DNA from: Dehalococcoidia bacterium
Lineage (GTDB): Bacteria > Chloroflexota > Dehalococcoidia > Lucifugimonadales > UBA1123
Direction: 5' to 3'
Length of the DNA stretch: 64,000 nucleotides
NCBI GenBank assembly: GCA_963666185.1
Contig: OY762634.1
Location: forward strand, 1,716,235 to 1,780,234
The position numbers were made by a program, and so were the translations under genes. Positions 8,808-15,714 of this stretch are shown in pieces (the first letter of the stretch is position 1; every line of letters begins with the position of its first letter). The notes below the pieces were generated by a model. The model searched no databases. It was not told the DNA's origin and worked only from the letters and a program-made list of their open reading frames with translations.

Positions 8808-9770
8808 ATGGAACAGGCGAGCAACGGCGTGGCGCGGATCCAGGAGATGGCTTCCGTACTGCGCGAGAGTATTCAGAAGGTAGTGGTCGGCAAGTCGGAG
8901 GTGATAGACCTCGCGATAATCGCGCTCATCTGCAAGGGGCATATTCTGGTGGAGGACGTGCCGGGGACGGGCAAGACCACTATGTCCAAGGCGCTGGCGC
9001 AGTCGCTGGGATGCGCGTTCAACCGCATCCAGTTCACGCCGGACCTTATGCCGACGGACGTGCTTGGCGTGAATTTCTACAACCAGAAGTCGGGGGACTT
9101 CGAGTTTCGGGCCGGGCCGATATTCAGCCAGGTACTGCTGGCGGACGAGATAAACCGCGCGACGCCGCGCACGCAGTCGGCGCTGCTGGAAGCGATGCAG
9201 GAGCGGCAGGCGACGGTTGACGGGGTTACGCGGCGTCTCCGGGAGCCGTTCCTGGTGATGGCGACGCAGAATCCGGTGGAGCTGGAAGGCACGTTCCCGC
9301 TGCCAGAGGCGCAGTTGGACAGGTTCATCGTGCGGATAAAGCTGGGGTATCCGAGCGCGGAGGAGGAGTCGGACATACTGCTCAGGTTCGAGAGGGACAC
9401 GGTTCTGCCCGACTTGGAAGCGGTTACGAGCGAGGATGAGCTTGTCGAGACGCAGGAAGCGGTGACGCGGGTCGAGGTGGACGACATCGTGCGCGACTAC
9501 ATTGTGGCGATAGCGCAAAGCACGCGGACGAACGACGCGCTGGAACTGGGCGGCAGTCCGAGGGCTACGCTGGGGCTGTACAAGACCTCGCAGGCGCGCG
9601 CCGCGCTGGACGGCCGGGACTTCGTTACCCCGGACGACGTGAAGGCTATGGCCGAGCCTGTTCTGGCGCATCGGCTGATACTGACGTCGGGCGCGAGGCT
9701 GCGCGGACTTGCCCCGGAGCGGATAGTGGCGGGTATTCTCAATTCCCTGCCCGTGCCAATCGAAAGGTAG
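8808..9770 (+). CDS. MoxR-family AAA+ ATPase
   Basis: 320 aa. Walker A 'DVPGTGKTT', Walker B 'VLLADEINRA', 'ATQNPVE.EGTFPLPEAQLDRF' (AAA_3 signature). Confidence 0.9.
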   Translation: MEQASNGVARIQEMASVLRESIQKVVVGKSEVIDLAIIALICKGHILVEDVPGTGKTTMSKALAQSLGCAFNRIQFTPDLMPTDVLGVNFYNQKSGDFEFRAGPIFSQVLLADEINRATPRTQSALLEAMQERQATVDGVTRRLREPFLVMATQNPVELEGTFPLPEAQLDRFIVRIKLGYPSAEEESDILLRFERDTVLPDLEAVTSEDELVETQEAVTRVEVDDIVRDYIVAIAQSTRTNDALELGGSPRATLGLYKTSQARAALDGRDFVTPDDVKAMAEPVLAHRLILTSGARLRGLAPERIVAGILNSLPVPIER

Positions 9771-9776
9771 CCGCCG

Positions 9777-11012
9777 TTGTTCAACAAGGTTTGGCACGAT
9801 ATTTGGATAGGGATGTTCGCGCTGCTGATAGTAGTGGGCGTCATCGCGGGGCAGAGTCTCGTCATCGGACTTGGGGCGATGGGCCTTATAGTGGCGGGGG
9901 TGTCCTGGGTGTGGAACAGGCTCTCGCTGGAAGAGGTGCATTACGAGCGGACGATAGAGCAGCCTCGCGTATTCATAGACGAAGAGACTAGCATGACCAT
10001 ATCGGTCGTGAATCGCAAGCCGCTGCCGCTGGGAAAGCTGAGCGTGGTGGACGAGATACCGGACGAGGTGGAAGTGGCGGACGCCAGGACGGCGCTCAGT
10101 TCCAGTCCGAACGCCAAGATAATAATGCACAACACGTCGCTGGCGTGGTACGAGCGCATCCGCTGGGAGTACAAGATAAAGGGGAACAGCCGGGGATTTT
10201 ACAGGATAGGCCCGGCGAGGATGGAGAGCGGAGACCTGTTCGGCTTCTTCGAGAGCCACAAGCCGGTTGACAGGAACGACTATCTGCTGGTCTATCCCAA
10301 GGTGGTTCCGCTGCCGGAGCTTGGGATTCCGGCGGTGAGGCCGCTGGGCGAGACGCGGGGCGGTATCAGGATATTCCAGGACGAATCCCGCCCGTCCGGT
10401 CTGCGCGACTACGAGGTGGGCGATCCGCTGAAGATAGTGGACTGGAAGGCGACCGCCAGGATGCAGGGCCTCCAGGTACGCACGTACGAGCCGAGTTCGG
10501 CGTTCACGGTCATACTGGTCGTGTTGGTAGAGACTTCCGAACGCACCTGGCAGGGCTATTCGCCCGTCAACCTGGAGCGGGTGATAACGAGCGCGGCTTC
10601 GGTCGCCAGCTACGCCACCGAGCGGCAGTACAGCGTAGGGCTGTTCTCGAACGGAACGCCGATTCTGGCCGAACGTCCCATGCGTCTGGAGCCGTCGAGG
10701 AATCCCGAGCAACTGACCATAATTCTGGAAGCGCTGGCCACCATCAGGCCGCTCGCCATAGGCCCCATGGCGCCGCAGCTGGAGCAGAATTCGAGGCGGT
10801 TCCCGCTGGGTTCGACGCTGGTGGTGATAGCGGCGATACTGACGCAGGATATGATGTCGGTCATATCGGACCTGCGCGCGAAAGGGCATCGCATGGTGGT
10901 AATCTTCGTCGGGGACACCGACCCGCCCGATATGCCGGAGGGCGTGATCTTGCACGATCTGAGAAGCTATTTCGAGAACATGGAGTTGGCGAGTGAGTTC
11001 GGCCCAAGATAG
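9777..11012 (+). CDS. DUF58 domain-containing protein (MoxR partner, vWA-like)
   Basis: 411 aa. Two N-terminal TM helices and 'GLRDYEVGDPLKIVDWKATAR' (DUF58 hallmark). Immediately downstream of moxR. Confidence 0.8.
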   Translation: MFNKVWHDIWIGMFALLIVVGVIAGQSLVIGLGAMGLIVAGVSWVWNRLSLEEVHYERTIEQPRVFIDEETSMTISVVNRKPLPLGKLSVVDEIPDEVEVADARTALSSSPNAKIIMHNTSLAWYERIRWEYKIKGNSRGFYRIGPARMESGDLFGFFESHKPVDRNDYLLVYPKVVPLPELGIPAVRPLGETRGGIRIFQDESRPSGLRDYEVGDPLKIVDWKATARMQGLQVRTYEPSSAFTVILVVLVETSERTWQGYSPVNLERVITSAASVASYATERQYSVGLFSNGTPILAERPMRLEPSRNPEQLTIILEALATIRPLAIGPMAPQLEQNSRRFPLGSTLVVIAAILTQDMMSVISDLRAKGHRMVVIFVGDTDPPDMPEGVILHDLRSYFENMELASEFGPR

Positions 11013-12399
11013 GCTCATCCTGATAGCCTGCATAATAGTGGAGAGCGTGTGGCTCTACGTCATCATCGCCCTGCTCAGCGTTCTGCTGCTGCAGGGAATC
11101 AACGCGGTTCCCTGGATAGTGGGGGTCGCCATAATGGGCGGCTCTTTCATGGTGGCGCGCGCGAGCCTGATGATCATAATGCCGCTGTGGACGCAGTACG
11201 CGATACAGATGGGTACGGGCATAGTCGTCATATACCTGGCTCTCAGCGCGTATATACTAGCCTCGTCCGCGCCGGGCGTGGACCTGGGCTGGCTGAGCGC
11301 CGTCATGTCGGACGACTCGACCACGAACGACCGGACGCGGGCCGTCCTGTCCGCGCTCTGCGCCGCCTTCCTGTGGTGGAGGGGCGGCAGGATGGCGTCC
11401 ATAGAGTTTCCCACCGACCATCTTTCGACGACGTTCAGGGTGGGGCTGATAGCGCTGTCGCTGGGCGCGGTGGTGGATATATTCCACCCGGCCAATCTGC
11501 ATATATTCCCGCTGATGTTCACCTACTTCGCGGTGGGGCTGATAGGTCTGAGCATAGGACACATCCTGCCCTCGTCGAGCGGCGAAAAGACGCAGCGGAG
11601 GTGGACGCGCATCATAGGCGGCGTGGTGGGCGGAATAGTGCTGGTCGGGCTGGTATTCAGCATCCTTCAGAAATCGTTCCTGGAATTCATAACCAGGCCG
11701 CTCGGAGCGGCGTTCGACCTGCTGGTCACCGTCGTGCTGTACGTCGTCGTCCTTCCCATCGCCTACGTGGCCACCTTTATAGTGACCTGGCTGTTCAGGC
11801 TCATATTGGCCCTGGCGGGAGAGCCGCCCGAACAGACGCAACTGGAATTGGAAGGGGGGAGTTTCTTGCAGGAGCTCCGCGAGGAGGCGGCTTCGTCCGA
11901 ACCGTCCATCTGGGGCGACGTAATCGAGTGGACGATAGTCGCGCTTCTGGCGATAGCGGCTCTGGCGCTGCTGGCCTGGGGGTTCAGGCGCATAACGCGC
12001 TGGCGCAGGGTTGACGACGACGGCGAGCGCGAATCAATAGCCGAAGACGTTGATCCGGGCCTGGACCTGGCGCGCCTTCTGTTCGGCCTTCTGCCGGAAC
12101 GATTCAGGCGTCGGAGGGGCGCGACCGGGCTGAGACTGCCGGAGGACGAGCGGGATATAGTGGACGTGTTCAGGATATACTTCGGGATGCTTAGCGTCGC
12201 CGAAGAGAAGGGCTTTCGGCGTTCGGGCAACCAGACGCCGAACGAACATCGCCCCGCGCTGGCGAGGGTGTTCCCGGCGCGAATCGCGAGCATGGCTACG
12301 ACCGCGTTCAACCGCGCCTGCTACGGGCGTCGTCCGGCGTCGCGGGAGCGGATCGAGGAGATGAGGGAAGTTCTGGAAAAGGTGGCTTCTTCCAAATGA
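10993..12399 (+). CDS. Polytopic membrane protein with C-terminal DUF4129-like domain
   Basis: 468 aa, GTG start overlapping the DUF58 3' end, 6 or more hydrophobic helices. The C-terminal 'VFRIYFGMLSVAEEKGFRRSGNQTPNEH...RACYGRRP' resembles DUF4129. No Cys-His-Asp transglutaminase core was seen. Confidence 0.55.
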   Translation: MSSAQDRLILIACIIVESVWLYVIIALLSVLLLQGINAVPWIVGVAIMGGSFMVARASLMIIMPLWTQYAIQMGTGIVVIYLALSAYILASSAPGVDLGWLSAVMSDDSTTNDRTRAVLSALCAAFLWWRGGRMASIEFPTDHLSTTFRVGLIALSLGAVVDIFHPANLHIFPLMFTYFAVGLIGLSIGHILPSSSGEKTQRRWTRIIGGVVGGIVLVGLVFSILQKSFLEFITRPLGAAFDLLVTVVLYVVVLPIAYVATFIVTWLFRLILALAGEPPEQTQLELEGGSFLQELREEAASSEPSIWGDVIEWTIVALLAIAALALLAWGFRRITRWRRVDDDGERESIAEDVDPGLDLARLLFGLLPERFRRRRGATGLRLPEDERDIVDVFRIYFGMLSVAEEKGFRRSGNQTPNEHRPALARVFPARIASMATTAFNRACYGRRPASRERIEEMREVLEKVASSK

Positions 12400-13217
12400 G
12401 TACCGATCTCGATATATGGCAGTTGCTTGTCCTGACGGTCATATCCTTCGGAGTCGGGATACTGGGCGGATTCGTGGGTCTGGCGCTGGGGACGATACGG
12501 CTGCCCGCCATGCTGCTGATAGGGATGCCGCCGCCGATAGCGGGCGGCACGAACATCCTGGTGTCCGCGCTCTCGGCTATCAGCGGCGCGATACGCCACT
12601 ACCGCGAGGGGCGGGTGGACAACCGCATCCTGCTGGTCATGGGTGTCCCGGCGTGCGTGGGCGCGTTGCTGGGCGGGTTCGCCAGCGAGTGGACGCCGGA
12701 GTGGATTCTGCTGATAGGCGCGGGGGCTCTGGTGTTCTGGCAGGGCGTCGAGTTTCTCATCCTGATAAGGAATCAGCGACGCACAGGCGGGCCGCATATA
12801 TTCGGCGCGGATCTGGAAGGCGCGGAGGGCGAGTTCACGCCAAAGCGCGTGTCGCTGGAAGCGGGCATAGGCTTCGGCGTGGGCGTTCTGGGCGGCGCGG
12901 TGGGGCTGATACTCGGCAGCATCCGCCTGCCCGCGATGATCCGCATCTTGCGAGTGGACCCACGCATCGCGGCTGGGACGAACCTGTTCATCGGCTTCTT
13001 CATGGGGACGCTGGGCTGGGTCGGACACGTGGCGGTCGGCGAGGTGGACTACGTAACGCTGATAGCGATGGGCGCGGCCGCGATGATAGGCAGCAATCTC
13101 GGCGCGCGGCTGACCGGGCGCGTTCGGCTGGACACTCTGATTCTGAGTATGGGCGTCGTGCTGATGGTGGTCGGCGCTCTGCTGGTATGGCGCGGTGTCG
13201 AGGCTCTGGCGGGCTAG
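12396..13217 (+). CDS. TauE/SafE-family (sulfite exporter-like) membrane protein
   Basis: 273 aa. Internally duplicated 4-TM halves, each with a 'G.G.LGG.VGL.LG.IRLPAM' motif. ATGA overlap with the upstream gene. Confidence 0.7.
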   Translation: MSTDLDIWQLLVLTVISFGVGILGGFVGLALGTIRLPAMLLIGMPPPIAGGTNILVSALSAISGAIRHYREGRVDNRILLVMGVPACVGALLGGFASEWTPEWILLIGAGALVFWQGVEFLILIRNQRRTGGPHIFGADLEGAEGEFTPKRVSLEAGIGFGVGVLGGAVGLILGSIRLPAMIRILRVDPRIAAGTNLFIGFFMGTLGWVGHVAVGEVDYVTLIAMGAAAMIGSNLGARLTGRVRLDTLILSMGVVLMVVGALLVWRGVEALAG

Positions 13218-13224
13218 GCCCCGC

Positions 13225-13590
13225 TCACAGCGCCCGCCCTACGAGTATGCCCGCGAACGCAGCCGCCAGTCCGACGGCCACGCTGCCCAGTATGTTCAGC
13301 GTGGCCCGCGCTATGTCCCCCTCTTGCGCCAGCTGGACGGAGGCCACGGTCAGCGTGGAGAAAGTAGTGTAAGACCCAAAGAAACCCACCGCCACAAGAA
13401 GCCGCGTTGACATCGGCCATCCGTGCGCGTCATACGCCGCGACGAACGCCCCCAGCAGGAACGACCCGATTATATTGATCAGGAATATGCCGAGGACGTT
13501 AGGGCCGATATAGGCGGCGACGGCGCGGTCAATCGCGTACCTAGACAACGCCCCAAGCGCGCCGCCCACCGCTACCAAGAGCCAGTGCAT
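13225..13590 (-). CDS. crcB: Fluoride ion channel CrcB/FluC
   Basis: 121 aa. 'VAVGGALGALSRY', 'NIIGSFLLG', 'GFFGSYTTFSTL' are CrcB signatures. Confidence 0.85.
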   Translation of the reverse strand: MHWLLVAVGGALGALSRYAIDRAVAAYIGPNVLGIFLINIIGSFLLGAFVAAYDAHGWPMSTRLLVAVGFFGSYTTFSTLTVASVQLAQEGDIARATLNILGSVAVGLAAAFAGILVGRAL

Positions 13591-13595
13591 CGGAA

Positions 13596-13955
13596 TTACC
13601 GACTATTCCCCATTGTCTGAAGGTTATCGCTAATTATTACGATAATCGCTTCCAGTATCTCATTGTATTTAGCTGCGTTGAGTTGCCCCGCCGTTCCTCG
13701 CATGATCACTTGGTTCCCAGTGAACAACTTGCCCGGTCTCACGTAGCTAACCCTATGGAGTGAACCTGACTCGAAATCGGCATCCGTTATTCTGATTGTC
13801 GCGTTATCTCCATACGGGTTGCTGGTTACCTGGCAGAGTATCCAGTCGTTAAGTCCTATATCCGCAATGACTACCGCCGGACGTAATCTGGATTCCGTCA
13901 AGTCGGAAAACGGAAACGGCGTTATTACTACTGATCCGGCTGAAGGTGGGCCCAC
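13596..13955 (-). CDS. MazF/PemK-family type II toxin (endoribonuclease)
   Basis: 119 aa. 'GSVVITPFPFSDLTESRLRPAVVI' and 'SYVRPGKLFTGNQ' match the PemK fold pattern. Overlaps the upstream antitoxin-like gene by 28 nt. Confidence 0.7.
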   Translation of the reverse strand: MGPPSAGSVVITPFPFSDLTESRLRPAVVIADIGLNDWILCQVTSNPYGDNATIRITDADFESGSLHRVSYVRPGKLFTGNQVIMRGTAGQLNAAKYNEILEAIIVIISDNLQTMGNSR

Positions 13956-14242
13956 GCTTCATCCTCCTCTGGTCGGTTCCAGTCGCCGAGGGCAATTTCG
14001 CTAAGCAACGCGGTATCGGGTATGCTACTCCGCAAAGTCGTAAGTCGGCTGGCGAATTTCAGACAGGCGGTCACGTCTTTCTGCTCCAGGTCTGGCAATT
14101 CCTCCAGTACCTCGAATACGCTGAGGCCATGCGCCATCAGGTCTATGACGTCCGAGACCCTGATTCTCATTCCCCTGATACAGGGCCGCCCGCCACACTT
14201 TTCAGGGTCAACGGTTATTCTCGGCGCTATCTCTCTTTCCAT
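13928..14242 (-). CDS. DUF433 domain protein with MazE-like acidic C-terminal tail (putative antitoxin)
   Basis: 104 aa. 'ITVDPEKCGGRPCIRGMRIRVSDVIDL...G.S..EVLEELPDLEQKDV.ACL.FA' is DUF433. The tail 'SEIALGDWNRPEEDEAWAHL' resembles toxin-neutralising tails of PemK-partnered antitoxins. Confidence 0.6.
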   Translation of the reverse strand: MEREIAPRITVDPEKCGGRPCIRGMRIRVSDVIDLMAHGLSVFEVLEELPDLEQKDVTACLKFASRLTTLRSSIPDTALLSEIALGDWNRPEEDEAWAHLQPDQ

Positions 14243-14244
14243 TT

Positions 14245-15579
14245 CTATATCAGCCCTATCCCTCTAATTTCGTCGAACGCCCTCTCGTATGCCCCTATCG
14301 TGTGCGCTATGTCGTCCTCGGTGTGGGCGGCGGTCAGGATGAAGCGGTTGCCGCTCTGGACACCGTGGTTGAGCAGCGACAGCGTGAGCTGGCGGACGCG
14401 CTCCGGCTCCATTGACTCGGCCATCTGCTCGGGGGAGAGGATGCAGTATTCCCTGTCGCCTTCCGGGACGTCCACGCCGAGCCTCAGGAACATGAGCGAC
14501 GCGATTCCGGTCACTCCGCCCGGTATCTCCATGCGTCCCATCAGGTCGTTCAGGCCGTCCTTTAGCTGCGCCGCGCGGAGGTTCGCGGTGTCGTTGATGG
14601 GTTCGTTGGCGACGATTTCCAGCGCGGCGATTCCGGCGGCGGCTGATATGGGATTGGCGTTGAACGTGCCGTTGTGCGCTATTCGACTGTCGCGGTTGTA
14701 GTCGGCGTCGCCCGGCCTGTCCTCTATCATGTTGATGATGTCCGCCTTGCCGGTAACGGCTCCGCCCGGAAGTCCGCCGCCCAGAATCTTGGCGAGCGTG
14801 GTGAGGTCGGGGCGTATGCCGAAGTATTCCTGCGCTCCGCCCCTGGAGACGCGGAAGCCGGTCACCACCTCGTCGAATATCAGGACAACGCCGTAGCGCT
14901 CTGTCACCTCGCGCAACTGGTGGAGGAACTCGGGCAGGATAGGCTCAAGCCCCATGTGCGCGCCCGTCGGCTCCAGGATTACGGCGGCTATGTCGTCGTC
15001 GTTCTGGAGGGTTCTCTCGAATGTCTCTATGTCGTTGGGGGGCAGCACTATCATGGTGCTGAGCGTCTCGGCGGGTATGCCCCCGATGCCCTCGGAGCCG
15101 GCCACCAGGTAGTCGCTCCAGCCGTGGAAGTGGTCCTCGAACTTGATGACCTTCGTCTTGCCGGTGTATGCGCGCGCCATGCGTATAGCCATCATGTCGG
15201 CCTCGGTGCCGGAGCTGTGGAAGCGCACCTTCTCTGCGGTCGGTATGAGTTCTCTGACCCAGTTGCCCCACTGCATCTCAAGCTCGGTGGAGCCTGAGAA
15301 GTGCGTTCCCCTGGCCATCTGCTCCTGGACGGCGCTGACGACCTCCGGGCGCGAATGGCCCAGGATTAGCGCGCCGTGTCCGGGGAAGTAGTCCAGGATG
15401 CGGTTGCCGTCCACGTCGTACTTGGCCGCGCCCTCGGCGTGGGTGTAGTAGAGCTGGAACGGGTTCTGCCGTCGCGCGTCGTGCGTGACTCCGTTCGGGA
15501 ACAGGGAGCGGGCCGACTCGTGCATCTCGGCGGACTTTGGGTGAAGTTCGTAGAAGCGTTGTTCGATTGAGGTGGGCAT
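14245..15579 (-). CDS. Class-III (PLP) aminotransferase, glutamate-1-semialdehyde aminomutase-like
   Basis: 444 aa. 'FDEVVTGFRV', 'PDLTTLAKILGGGLPGGA' (PLP-Lys motif), 'HNGTFNANP'. Confidence 0.8.
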   Translation of the reverse strand: MPTSIEQRFYELHPKSAEMHESARSLFPNGVTHDARRQNPFQLYYTHAEGAAKYDVDGNRILDYFPGHGALILGHSRPEVVSAVQEQMARGTHFSGSTELEMQWGNWVRELIPTAEKVRFHSSGTEADMMAIRMARAYTGKTKVIKFEDHFHGWSDYLVAGSEGIGGIPAETLSTMIVLPPNDIETFERTLQNDDDIAAVILEPTGAHMGLEPILPEFLHQLREVTERYGVVLIFDEVVTGFRVSRGGAQEYFGIRPDLTTLAKILGGGLPGGAVTGKADIINMIEDRPGDADYNRDSRIAHNGTFNANPISAAAGIAALEIVANEPINDTANLRAAQLKDGLNDLMGRMEIPGGVTGIASLMFLRLGVDVPEGDREYCILSPEQMAESMEPERVRQLTLSLLNHGVQSGNRFILTAAHTEDDIAHTIGAYERAFDEIRGIGLI

Positions 15580-15656
15580 GATGGCCGTCCTTTAGTTGGG
15601 AATCGTGGGGGTTATTGTAGCGTAATCAGCGCGGATACGACTGGCGCGATATGTCG

Positions 15657-15699
15657 CAAGCGGGAAGGCCGCGCCGTATCCAACGCGCCTTCCCGCTTG
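15657..15699. terminator. Stem-loop between convergent/tandem genes (13-bp stem)
   Basis: 'caagcgggaaggc'-17 nt-'gccttcccgcttg', 16 nt after the stop of the LRR gene. No clear U-tract. Confidence 0.35.
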
Positions 15700-15714
15700 T
15701 CCTTCATTCACTTA

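Noticed and set aside
8787-11033. 748-aa ORF on the minus strand (also 4072-5880 +, 23765-24964 -, 49190-50659 +, 58409-59743 +, 61443-62699 +, 56685-57701 -, 11049-12014 +, 12416-13372 +)
   Set aside because: These are Arg/Pro/His-rich, low-complexity translations. They lie antisense to, or out of frame with, genes that carry clear family motifs. This is the typical long spurious ORF of high-GC DNA.
13591-13595. Expected fluoride riboswitch upstream of crcB
   Set aside because: Only 5 nt separate crcB from the upstream mazF-like gene. No crcB-motif sequence was seen in the neighbourhood.
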